DNA of 64,000 nucleotides. It comes from an uncultured Gemmatimonadaceae bacterium (GTDB taxonomy: Bacteria > Gemmatimonadota > Gemmatimonadetes > Gemmatimonadales > Gemmatimonadaceae). Positions 30,200 to 41,254 of this stretch are shown piece by piece. The notes beneath the pieces were generated by a model. It searched no databases. It saw only the letters and a list, made by a program, of their open reading frames with translations, and had not been told where the DNA came from. The DNA is taken from NCBI GenBank assembly GCA_963716745.1, contig OY970320.1, positions 1,527,865 through 1,591,864 on the forward strand. Reading direction: 5' to 3'. A program made the translations under genes and the position numbers. Each line of letters starts with the position of its first letter. The stretch's first letter is position 1.

Positions 30200-30320
30200 T
30201 CCGAAGGAGGACAGGTGGGGGTCCGCGGCCGCAACGAAGCGCGCGCGCCGCTCGCATCGGCGGGCGCGGCGCATAAGTTAACCGCGGTGGCATTCGGGCC
30301 ACGCGCAAGTTACCCAATCC

Positions 30321-31442
30321 GTGATCATGGCCTCGTCAGCATTTCCCTCACGCGTGGCCGTCGTGCTCGGCGGCGGCGGACTCAAGGGATTCTCGCATAT
30401 CGGCGTGCTGCGCGCGCTCAAGCAGCGCGGCATCCGGCCGTCACTCTACGCGGGCACCAGCATCGGCGCGCTCATCGCCGCCGCGCGCGCCGCCGGCATC
30501 AGCCTCGACGAGATGGAAGCGCGCGCGCGCGCGCTGCAGAAGACGGATCTCTTCCGGATCAATCATCTCGCGATGCTGCTCGAGCGCATGAAGAGCCCAT
30601 CGCTCTATCACGAAGAGCCGCTGCGCGAACTCTGCCGGCTCAACGCGCCGGCCGGCACCTTCGAAGACCTCAAAGTGCCGCTCCTCGTGAACACGGTGGA
30701 CGTCGAGCGCGGCACGCGCGTGGTCTGGGGGCTGCCCGGACTCCGCAATGTGTCGGTCGCGGATGCCATCTACGCGTCGTGCGCACTACCCGGTTTCTTC
30801 CCGCCCGGCATCATCGGTGGCCGCCCGTGCATCGACGGCGGCACGGTGGACAACCTTCCTGCCGCCATCGCCGGACTCGGCGCCGAGATGGTGATCGCCG
30901 TGGACGTCGGGACGACGAGCCTCGGCCTCGCGCGGCTCATCCGCCGCCAGGGATTCGCCGCGATCTACATGCGCGCCGCGTCGATCATGATGCACGCGCT
31001 GCAGTTGCAGCCGCTGGCCGAGTGGTCGGGGCCGCCGATGCTGCTCATCCGGCCGGACGTCGCGCATCGCGACATGTTCAGCTTCGTGCACACCGAGGAG
31101 CTGATCGAGGCGGGGTACAGCGCCACGATCGCGGCGCTCGACCAGGTGGCCGACCAGGAGCTGAAGCACGGCGTGATCTATCCGCGCCGCCGCGTGAACG
31201 TGCTCGTGGACCGCGAGAAATGCACCGGCTGCGGGATCTGCGTGTCGCTCGCGCCCGACCGGATCGTGCTCGACATGGAGAACAAGGCCGTGATCGCGAA
31301 CCCGGTGATGGAATGGAGCCCGGCGGACGGTGACTTCGTGCAGCAATGTCCGTTCGAGGCGATATCCGTGCACTCGCTGGACGGCACGCGGCGGACGACG
31401 AAGCCGATCACGCAGCCGATGGCGGTGGCAGCGGAGGACTAG
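30321..31442 (+). CDS. Patatin-like phospholipase fused to a C-terminal single-cluster ferredoxin-like domain
   Basis: GGGGLKGFSHIG (oxyanion hole), GTSIG (nucleophile elbow), DGGTVDN (catalytic Asp). The C-terminus has CTGCGICVSLAP...QQCPFEAI, i.e. CxxCxxC...CP. Confidence 0.75.
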   Translation: MIMASSAFPSRVAVVLGGGGLKGFSHIGVLRALKQRGIRPSLYAGTSIGALIAAARAAGISLDEMEARARALQKTDLFRINHLAMLLERMKSPSLYHEEPLRELCRLNAPAGTFEDLKVPLLVNTVDVERGTRVVWGLPGLRNVSVADAIYASCALPGFFPPGIIGGRPCIDGGTVDNLPAAIAGLGAEMVIAVDVGTTSLGLARLIRRQGFAAIYMRAASIMMHALQLQPLAEWSGPPMLLIRPDVAHRDMFSFVHTEELIEAGYSATIAALDQVADQELKHGVIYPRRRVNVLVDREKCTGCGICVSLAPDRIVLDMENKAVIANPVMEWSPADGDFVQQCPFEAISVHSLDGTRRTTKPITQPMAVAAED

Positions 31443-31453
31443 AACTGCGCGTT

Positions 31454-31571
31454 GGAACCGCTGACGGCGGGACTGGTACCGCTAGGGGCGGGATTGGCGT
31501 TGGATGAAGCCGTTGTGGTATCCAACGCCAATCCCGCCGTCAGCGGTGCCAGTTCCGCCGTCAGCGGTTCC
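31454..31571. repeat. Family-2 long imperfect palindrome, copy 1 (51-nt arms)
   Basis: GGAACCGCTGACGGCGGGACTGGTACCGCTAGGGGCGGGATTGGCGTTGGA pairs with TCCAACGCCAATCCCGCCGTCAGCGGTGCCAGTTCCGCCGTCAGCGGTTCC, with about 5 mismatches. Each arm is itself a roughly 22-nt tandem duplication. It lies between the patatin stop and the acnA start. Confidence 0.8.
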
Positions 31572-31611
31572 AGTCCCTAATTAGCTTTCAGTCATACCCA
31601 CCGGACATGAC

Positions 31612-34281
<2,670 letters not shown>

Positions 34282-34296
34282 AGTCTTAACTGCAAG

Positions 34297-34398
34297 CCGG
34301 GAACCGATTGCCGGGAACCGATGAGGAACAAAAAATGATTCCCTTACGACAGGGAATAGGTGGTCATGCCTCACCGGTTCCCGGCAACCGGTTCCCGG
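34297..34398. repeat. Composite hairpin between convergent acnA and the CDP-alcohol transferase gene
   Basis: CCGGGAACCGATTGCCGGGAACCGATGAGG pairs with CCTCACCGGTTCCCGGCAACCGGTTCCCGG, with 2 mismatches. Each arm is a tandem CCGGGAACCG unit. The AT-rich 42-nt spacer has an inner 7-bp hairpin ATTCCCT/AGGGAAT. Confidence 0.75.
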
Positions 34399-34402
34399 TA
34401 GT

Positions 34403-35161
34403 TCAGCTCTTGGACTTCCCGTTCCTCGCGCGTAGCTCCGCCGCGATTACCCAGCTGCGCCACACGGCCGTTCCCACGCTCGCGGCGCCGATCACGGTCA
34501 CGGCGGCGATGAGGACCGACGACTCCGGCCAGCCGAAGTACTCGCACACCGGGTTGTCCAGCATCGACGCGATCGCGAGCAGCACGAGGCGCTCCGCGCG
34601 CTGCATCACGCCGCCCTTGCAATCCACGCCCACGGCCGCGCCCTTCGCGCGCGAGTAGCTCACCATCATCGCGCCGCCGAGCGCCACGACGGTGCTCAGC
34701 ATCGCCCAGCGGGAGGGCTCGAAGTAGAGCGCGAGTCCCATGAACACGAACATCTCCGAGAACCGGTCGATGATCGAGTCGAGGAATTCGCCGTAATCGC
34801 TCCCCACGCCACGGGCGCGCGCGACGCGGCCGTCGAGCACGTCGGCGAGTCCGCCGAGCAGCACGAAGGTGCCGCCGAGCGCGATCGCGCCCTGCGAATA
34901 CGCAACGCCGGCGGCGAGGCCCAGCGCGCCGCCGCCGAAGTTCAGCAGGTCGGGCGACACGTTCACGCGCACGAGCGCGCGTTCGACCGGGGTGATCACC
35001 CACATCAGCCAGTCGCGCACCCGAATGCCCAGCAGGAGAGTCGAGGGACGCCTCGCCACGTCGGCGTCCACCGGACGTCCGCGCGCGACGACGGCGTACA
35101 CCGGCATCGTGAGCAGGAAGGCGAACGCGAGAGAAACGGCAATGTAGGTGCTCGGCGTCAT
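34403..35161 (-). CDS. CDP-alcohol phosphatidyltransferase family protein (PIP-synthase-like)
   Basis: GGLADVLDGRVARARGVGSDYGEFLDSIIDRFSE is the D-x2-D-G-x2-A-R-x8-G-x3-D-x3-D motif. KGGVMQRAERLVLL follows. About 6 TM segments. Confidence 0.8.
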   Translation of the reverse strand: MTPSTYIAVSLAFAFLLTMPVYAVVARGRPVDADVARRPSTLLLGIRVRDWLMWVITPVERALVRVNVSPDLLNFGGGALGLAAGVAYSQGAIALGGTFVLLGGLADVLDGRVARARGVGSDYGEFLDSIIDRFSEMFVFMGLALYFEPSRWAMLSTVVALGGAMMVSYSRAKGAAVGVDCKGGVMQRAERLVLLAIASMLDNPVCEYFGWPESSVLIAAVTVIGAASVGTAVWRSWVIAAELRARNGKSKS

Positions 35162-36165
35162 GTAGAGCGACGGCGTTGAGGTCTCGTGCGAAGATAGCGG
35201 AATACGCGCGGCCAGAGGAATATGAGCGGCCAGCGACGCTCGCGCAATGTGAGTTGCACCATGGTTCCGGACCGGCGCTCTACCTTCTGGACGACGTACT
35301 CGAGCCAGTCGTCATAGAGCAGTACGTACTTCACCCAGCGGAGCGTTGCCCGGCGCTTGCTGCGCGCGAAATAGCGGACCCATGCGCGCCGTTCGCGCGC
35401 TGGAACGGGCGTCAAAAGACGGTAGACTTTTCCCTCTTTTTTGATTATCTTTAAATGCTCAAGCCGTTGCAGCAGTTCGCGATAGACCGGCGCCAGCGAC
35501 TCCCGTTGTGCGCCGGTCAGCGTTTCGATCCGGTCGGCGGTCTCGGGCCGGATCTCGGCGGCGAACGAACGCGCGAGCGACGCACGAATGTAGTCGGCGC
35601 TGTCGAAGGCGGCGGGCAGGAAGGAGAGGCTCCAATCGCTCGTGCGCGCACGGGCGGCGGCCAGCGAAGCGATCACGGCGTCCCGGTCTTCGGGCGCGGC
35701 GGTCCATGCGAGCTGGACGTGCTGGAAGAGGCGCCCCTGCGCGAAGTGGTCCTGCGCGCCCGCCGAAGTGGCGAGGGCGAGGGCCTCCCGGGAGAGCACG
35801 GCGCACTTGGCGAGAGCCGGCGGCGTGAGTTCCGGGAAGGCAATGGCGATGACGTTGGGCGCGAGCACGCGATTGAGGCGTGCGGCGCTGGAAGGTTTGA
35901 GTTTGGTGCCGCGCGAGGCGGCGAGCGCGGTGTACGCCGCATCGTAGTCTCGCACGATGATGAAGAAGTCGAACGCGCTTTCCGCTTTCGCGCCGGATCG
36001 TTGGGCGTGCGAGCCGTAGTGGATGATGGCCGAACAGGCGGTGCCGAACGACTCGGCGAGCGCTCGCGCGATGCGCGCGGCGGCGGGGTCGGGCGGTTCG
36101 AAGATGTCGGATGTGAACGCGGCGGTCGCGCCGGGCTCGGCGAGCATGGTGTCGGCGAGCGTCAC
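35158..36165 (-). CDS. Hypothetical protein, weak resemblance to Tam41/Mmp37-type nucleotidyltransferase (CTP:phosphatidate cytidylyltransferase)
   Basis: IIHYGSHAQRSGAKAESAFDFFIIVRDYD compares with the Tam41 YGSGVF.Q......DfI..V.d pattern; KCAVLS; FAQGRLFQHVQLA compares with GRLQKPV. It is 4-nt coupled on both sides. The call rests on similarity by eye only. Confidence 0.35.
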   Translation of the reverse strand: MTLADTMLAEPGATAAFTSDIFEPPDPAAARIARALAESFGTACSAIIHYGSHAQRSGAKAESAFDFFIIVRDYDAAYTALAASRGTKLKPSSAARLNRVLAPNVIAIAFPELTPPALAKCAVLSREALALATSAGAQDHFAQGRLFQHVQLAWTAAPEDRDAVIASLAAARARTSDWSLSFLPAAFDSADYIRASLARSFAAEIRPETADRIETLTGAQRESLAPVYRELLQRLEHLKIIKKEGKVYRLLTPVPARERRAWVRYFARSKRRATLRWVKYVLLYDDWLEYVVQKVERRSGTMVQLTLRERRWPLIFLWPRVFRYLRTRPQRRRST

Positions 36166-36992
36166 GCGGCAGCGCCGGAACGGATGCGCTCGAGCGTCGT
36201 CACCATGTTCGAGCGCAGCATGTCGAGGAATGCGTCGGCATCTTCGGGAGCGGGCGGTTGGAACGGGCCCGAGACGACGACGTGGATGTGGCAGTTGGCG
36301 ATGGATTCGAGGGCATCGGTGAATGTTCGGGCCCCCCAGAGTCCGTCGGCAACTATGGTATATACTGGCTGTTGTGCGTGTGTCACGATGAGGCGGGGAC
36401 CTTGCCGCATGAAGCGGCCGATCTGGCCGTCGCGTGTGCGATGACCCTCGGCGTAAATGAGCAGCGAGTTCCAGCCTTTCGCGACGCGTGAGGCGGCTTC
36501 ACTCAGTGAATCGAGATCCTGCTGGATCGCCGATGGTTTCTGCGTGATGAAGGGGAAGCGCCCCATGCGCAACGTCGGCGAGATGAACGGGATCTTCCAT
36601 TTGTAGCGGTCGCGGGTAGGAAAGAGCGGCGAGTGATCGCCGAAGAGCACCACCGCGACGGGGATGTCGAAGATGGACTGGTGGTTCATGATCGCGACGA
36701 CGGGCGCATCGGGGAGTTTCCCCTCGACCGTGATGCGAACGCCGGCCGCGTAGCGGGCGACGAAGAGCAGAGGCACGCATTGCAGGCGCAGCCAGCGCCC
36801 GTACCATCTGGCTCGGCGCTCGGGTGACGGAGCGAGCGTGAGCAGCGGCCAGACGATGAGACGCTGCACGATCGCACAGAGGCCGCAGAGGTAGGGCAGG
36901 AATATGATGAAGAAGAGCGAGCCGCGGACCGCGCGGATCGCCCGCTCCAGGCGGCTCTTCGCCCGGGGTGATGCTATCGGTACTGAAGTCAT
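36162..36992 (-). CDS. PlsC/LPLAT-family acyltransferase
   Basis: NHQSIFD (H-x4-D), YAEGHRTRDG (EG-x-R), N-terminal TM segment. Confidence 0.75.
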   Translation of the reverse strand: MTSVPIASPRAKSRLERAIRAVRGSLFFIIFLPYLCGLCAIVQRLIVWPLLTLAPSPERRARWYGRWLRLQCVPLLFVARYAAGVRITVEGKLPDAPVVAIMNHQSIFDIPVAVVLFGDHSPLFPTRDRYKWKIPFISPTLRMGRFPFITQKPSAIQQDLDSLSEAASRVAKGWNSLLIYAEGHRTRDGQIGRFMRQGPRLIVTHAQQPVYTIVADGLWGARTFTDALESIANCHIHVVVSGPFQPPAPEDADAFLDMLRSNMVTTLERIRSGAAA

Positions 36993-37020
36993 GCCGCAGT
37001 GAATAATTGGAGGTCACATC

Positions 37021-38301
37021 ATGGCGATCCGCATGGAACCGCAAACGGCGATGAACCCGCTCGACTACGACTATAGCAGTTTCTTCTATTCGTCGAGCGA
37101 CGATCCGTTCGCGATCCTCGAACCGTATAACGAATGGTACAACCGCGCCGTGCCGGAGGGCTACTACCTCTTCGGCCAGCCGATCTCGACGCCGCCCGGC
37201 GGGCACGTGATGCTCACCGAGATGCGCGACCAGAAGACGCTGCAGCTGCTCAACCTCAGCTCGTACAACTACCTCGGCCTGTCGTCGCGCGCGGAAGTGA
37301 TCGCGGCCGCGAAGGCCGCGCTCGACCAGTACGGCCTCGGCGCCGCCGGCTCGCCCATCCTCAGCGGCACGATGGATGTGCACATGCAGCTCGAGGAAGC
37401 GCTGGCCAAGTTCAAGCGGAAGGAAGCCGTCATGGTCTTCCCCACCGGTTACAGCACGAACATCGGATTGATCTCGGGCCTCATGCGCCCGGGCGATTGG
37501 GTGATCGCCGACCAGAACTCGCACGCGAGCATCGTGGACGGAGCCATCCTCTCGAAGGCGGACGTGCGCTTCTTTAGGCACAACAATCCGGTGGACCTCG
37601 AGAAGAAGCTGCAGAAGGTGAAGGGAAAGAAGGTGCTCGTCGCCATCGAAGGCGTGTACTCAATGGACGGCGATGTCTGTCCGCTCCCCGAGCTCGTGGC
37701 CGTCGCCAAGAAGTACGGCGCGCGCATCCTGCTCGACGAAGCGCACTCCGCGTTCGTGTACGGTGAGAACGGCCGCGGTGTGGCCGAGCAGTACGGGCTG
37801 GAGGACGAGGTCGACATGCACGTCGGCACGTTCTCGAAGGCGCTCGGCGGACAGGGCGGCTACGTCGCCGGTTCGAAGAATCTCTACAACTACCTGAAGG
37901 GCTTCGCGCGTTCGCGCGTGTTCTCCTGTGCGCTGTCGCCGGTGGTCGCGGCGGGCGTGCTCAAGAGTCTCGAGATCGCGCAGGCCGAGCCGCAGCTGAG
38001 AGCGCAGCTCTGGAAGAACGTGGCACATATCCGCGGCCGTCTCGAAGAGGCGGGCGTGGACATCGGCGACTCCACGTCGCAGGTGATCCCGATCATGGTG
38101 AAGAACGACCGCCGCGTGTTCGAGCTGGGGCACAAGCTCCTCCGCGCCGGCCTGTACCTGCAGCCGATCATCTATCCCGCAGTGGCAAAGCACCGGTCGC
38201 GGTTCCGGGTCTCCATCTCGGCCTCGCATACCACCGACCAGCTCGACGAGGGCGTCGCGATCCTCGTCAAGGTTCTCCGCGAAGAGGGCATTCTCGTATG
38301 A
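37021..38301 (+). CDS. Alpha-oxoamine synthase family PLP enzyme (serine palmitoyltransferase / KBL / BioF-like)
   Basis: GGAGG lies 8 nt upstream of the ATG. NLSSYNYLGLS, GYSTNIGLISGL, DEAHSAFVYGENGRG, GTFSKALGGQGGY (PLP Lys). It has an N-terminal extension of about 60 aa relative to BioF. Confidence 0.8.
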   Translation: MAIRMEPQTAMNPLDYDYSSFFYSSSDDPFAILEPYNEWYNRAVPEGYYLFGQPISTPPGGHVMLTEMRDQKTLQLLNLSSYNYLGLSSRAEVIAAAKAALDQYGLGAAGSPILSGTMDVHMQLEEALAKFKRKEAVMVFPTGYSTNIGLISGLMRPGDWVIADQNSHASIVDGAILSKADVRFFRHNNPVDLEKKLQKVKGKKVLVAIEGVYSMDGDVCPLPELVAVAKKYGARILLDEAHSAFVYGENGRGVAEQYGLEDEVDMHVGTFSKALGGQGGYVAGSKNLYNYLKGFARSRVFSCALSPVVAAGVLKSLEIAQAEPQLRAQLWKNVAHIRGRLEEAGVDIGDSTSQVIPIMVKNDRRVFELGHKLLRAGLYLQPIIYPAVAKHRSRFRVSISASHTTDQLDEGVAILVKVLREEGILV

Positions 38302-38993
38302 GCACGAGCAAAGAGGGTTACGTCCAGTATCACTACCGCAATGCCATCGGCGGTTTCTTCGAATTCCCCACGGAGAACGCGAGGGCCATCCTGCCGCCCG
38401 AGCTGCAGCCGATCGAGCCGCACCACGGCTCGAGCGTGCTCTCGGTCATGGCGTTCGACTTCACCAACAGCCCGGTGGGCGACTACGGCGAGCTGATCCT
38501 GTCGATCCTCGTCGCGCCGCGCATCGAGCCGGGGCAACCAATGCCGCGGAGCGCGTTCTACCCGTTCCGCCTCGGCACCACGACGCGTGAGTCGCGCGAG
38601 CACGCCATCGAGCGCTGGCACCTGCCGCACTACATGCAGGACATCGGCATCCGCTGGGTGCGCGGCAATGGGCACATCACCATCCATGCTACGGATCGCG
38701 GCCAGCCGATCGTCGACATGACGATCACCGAGCATGAGTGGTCGAACGTGGAGCATCGCTATCAGGCGTTCATGAACGACGAGGAGGGCGCGTACACCTC
38801 CACGATCATCATGGCGAGCCAGTTCAGCGAGAACGAGGAGGAGCGTGGCGGCATCACGATCCACTCGCAGGCGATGACCGACCTGCTCGCCGACTGGGAT
38901 GTGGACTTCAAGCCGTTCCGTGAGCTCTGGATGAAGAACGGCCTGCAGACCTTCCACCCGCTCCAGACGCTGGCGAGTTACGCGAAGCGATGA
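38298..38993 (+). CDS. Hypothetical protein (possible acetoacetate-decarboxylase-like beta-cone fold)
   Basis: 231 aa, 4-nt coupled on both sides. ARAILPPELQPIEP...VGDYGELILSILV...TTTRESREHAIERWHLPHYM loosely recalls ADC-family GRE.wG.PK. Confidence 0.3.
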   Translation: MSTSKEGYVQYHYRNAIGGFFEFPTENARAILPPELQPIEPHHGSSVLSVMAFDFTNSPVGDYGELILSILVAPRIEPGQPMPRSAFYPFRLGTTTRESREHAIERWHLPHYMQDIGIRWVRGNGHITIHATDRGQPIVDMTITEHEWSNVEHRYQAFMNDEEGAYTSTIIMASQFSENEEERGGITIHSQAMTDLLADWDVDFKPFRELWMKNGLQTFHPLQTLASYAKR

Positions 38994-39886
38994 GCGGCCG
39001 CGTCGCCGTCATCGTCAACCCCGCCTCCGGTAGGGGGCGGGGGGCGAGGACGGCGGAGCGGATCCACCGCGCATTCGCGGATGTGGGCGTCACCGACATC
39101 CGGTTCACCACGGCGCCTGGGCAGGAGCGAGAGCTCGCGGCCCAGGCGCTTCGCGATGGGGCCACGACCATCGTGGCCTGCGGCGGCGACGGCACGTGGA
39201 GCAATGCGGCGAACGCCATCGTGGCGGCGAAGAGCTCGTGCCGCCTCGCGATCGTGGCGGCCGGCACCGGCAACGATTTCGCGAAATCGCTCAAGATACC
39301 GGCCACCGACATCGAGCAGATGGCGCGACTCGCGGTGGATGGTCCCGACACGCCGATCGACGTGGGCCGCATCGAGGACCGCTACTTCCTGAACATCACG
39401 GGCTTCGGATTCGACATCGCCGTGCTCGAGGACATCGAGAGCATCTGGTGGCTGCGCGGCTACCTGCTCTACAAGTACTCCGCACTCAAGCAGCTGCTCA
39501 GCTACAAGGGGCTGATGGTGGACATCGCGAGTCCCGCCAAGCCGCGCGGCATGAAGCAGCATCTCATGGTGATCGTGGCGAACGCGCGGTATTTCGGCGG
39601 AACCTTCGTGATCGCGCCGAACGCCGATCTCGCCGACGGGAAGCTCGATCTCATCGCCATCCACGACGCGTCGCCGATCCAGCGCGCCAACTTGTTCGGC
39701 GCCGTGGGCAAGGGCACGCACATGACGCACCCCAGCGTGGATGCGGAACAGTCGTCATCGTTCACGATGCGTTTCGCCGAACCGCCGGCGTACGAGACCG
39801 ACGGCGAGTACAACCGCGCGAAGAGCGCCGTGCTCGAGATCACGACCGTGCCCCGCGCGCTGCGGCTCGTGGTGCCGGCGAAATGA
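38990..39886 (+). CDS. Lipid kinase, DAGK catalytic domain family (YegS / sphingosine-ceramide kinase-like)
   Basis: VAVIVNPASGRGRG, VACGGDGTWSNAANA (GGDGT), GTGNDFAKSL, C-terminal DGE. Confidence 0.8.
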   Translation: MSGRVAVIVNPASGRGRGARTAERIHRAFADVGVTDIRFTTAPGQERELAAQALRDGATTIVACGGDGTWSNAANAIVAAKSSCRLAIVAAGTGNDFAKSLKIPATDIEQMARLAVDGPDTPIDVGRIEDRYFLNITGFGFDIAVLEDIESIWWLRGYLLYKYSALKQLLSYKGLMVDIASPAKPRGMKQHLMVIVANARYFGGTFVIAPNADLADGKLDLIAIHDASPIQRANLFGAVGKGTHMTHPSVDAEQSSSFTMRFAEPPAYETDGEYNRAKSAVLEITTVPRALRLVVPAK

Positions 39887-41100
39887 AGGCGATCTCCTTC
39901 GCGGCGCCGATCCCGACGTACCTCGCGACGCTCGCCGCCGGCAAGATCTCCGACCGGTTCTATGTGGGCCCGTACGCCTGCACCACCTATGGCGACCGCG
40001 AAGCGCCCGCGCTGCCAAGCGACCGCTGGGTGCGGCTCCGTACGCGCATGGGCGGCATCTGCGGCAGCGACATCAACGTCGTCACGCTCGGCGCGAGTCC
40101 ATCCAATTCGCCCTTCTCGAGCTTCCCCTTCGTGCTCGGGCACGAGTTGGTGGGCGAGGTGATCGAGTGCGGTGCGGCGGTGAGCAGCGTGCGCGCGGGC
40201 GATCGTGTGGCGGCGAATCCGCTGCTCTGCTGCGAAGCGCGCGGGATCGCGCCGGTATGCGCCGCGTGCGCGGACGGGCAGCATGGGCGCTGCGTGAACT
40301 TCACGACCGGGCCGCTGCCGGCGGGCGTGCTCATCGGGACCACACGCGGGCTCGGCGGCGGCTGGGGCGAGCAGTTCGTGGCGCACGAGTCGCAGCTGCT
40401 CAAGCTCTCGCTGGACATGAAGGACGAGGACGCCGTGCTCATCGAGCCGTTCGCGTGCTCGGTGCGGGCCGTGCGCTCCAATCTGCCGGCGCCGGGCGCG
40501 CGAGTGCTGGTGATCGGCGCCGGCTCGATCGGACTGCTCACCACCGCGGCCGTTCGCGCGCTCGCGCCGGCGGCGCGCGTGACCGTGCTCGCGCGTTACG
40601 ATTTCCAGGCGGAGCACGCGACACGATTCGGCGCCGCGAACGTGATCAAGGCGCGCGGGAATTATCTCAAGGCCCTCGCCGACGTCGCGGGCACGAAGCT
40701 GCTGCAGCCGATCCTCGGCAAACCGATCGGCATCGGCGGCTTCGACATCACATTCGTGTGCGTGAGCGGCGCGCGCGGCATGGACGACGCAATGCGCTTC
40801 ACGACCGCGGGCGGCACGATCGTACTGCTCGGCAACTCGAGCACCATGCGGGGACTCGATTGGACGCCGCTGTGGGTGAAGGAACTCTCCGTGCGCGGAT
40901 CCGTGTTCCACGGAGGGCACGCGCACGCCGCGTCCGATCGCGACGATTTCCATGAGGCCGCGACGTTGATTTCTTCGGGCAAGGCCAATGTGCGCCCGTT
41001 GCTGACGCACACGTTCCCGCTCGCCGAGTACCGCGCCGCTCTCGCCGCCGCCATCGACAAGCGAGGAGAAGGCAGCGTGAAGGTGGCGTTCAAGTACTGA
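39883..41100 (+). CDS. Zn-dependent medium-chain dehydrogenase/reductase (MDR)
   Basis: GICGSDINVV, GHELVGEVIE, structural-Zn Cys cluster (CCEARGIAPVCAACADGQHGRC), VLVIGAGSIGLL. At 405 aa it is longer than Tdh. Confidence 0.8.
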   Translation: MKAISFAAPIPTYLATLAAGKISDRFYVGPYACTTYGDREAPALPSDRWVRLRTRMGGICGSDINVVTLGASPSNSPFSSFPFVLGHELVGEVIECGAAVSSVRAGDRVAANPLLCCEARGIAPVCAACADGQHGRCVNFTTGPLPAGVLIGTTRGLGGGWGEQFVAHESQLLKLSLDMKDEDAVLIEPFACSVRAVRSNLPAPGARVLVIGAGSIGLLTTAAVRALAPAARVTVLARYDFQAEHATRFGAANVIKARGNYLKALADVAGTKLLQPILGKPIGIGGFDITFVCVSGARGMDDAMRFTTAGGTIVLLGNSSTMRGLDWTPLWVKELSVRGSVFHGGHAHAASDRDDFHEAATLISSGKANVRPLLTHTFPLAEYRAALAAAIDKRGEGSVKVAFKY

Positions 41101-41110
41101 TTCGCAGTTC

Positions 41111-41188
41111 CATCATGTGAATCATGTTAATCCTGTCAACGTAGTTTTTGAAAACTACTTTGACAGGATTAACATGATTCGCATGATT
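41111..41188. repeat. Family-1 palindromic element, copy D (26-bp arms plus inner stem)
   Basis: CATGTGAATCATGTTAATCCTGTCAA (41114-41139) pairs with TTGACAGGATTAACATGATTCGCATG (41160-41185), with 1 mismatch. The inner stem is GTAGTTT-ttga-AAACTAC. Confidence 0.85.
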
Positions 41189-41254
41189 GGGACTGCCCCG
41201 TTCCGCTCTGGAGTGCCGAGACCTACATTCAACTCGTTCCCCATCGGAGGCTCC

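Noticed and set aside
37021-41100. A plain kbl-tdh (threonine degradation) reading of the alpha-oxoamine synthase plus Zn-MDR dehydrogenase.
   Set aside because: The two genes are separated by, and translationally coupled to, a lipid kinase and an unknown gene. Both are longer than Kbl and Tdh. The divergent arm is purely phospholipid-type (PlsC, CDP-OH transferase). I kept this reading as the explicit refutation test because I cannot run a phylogeny.
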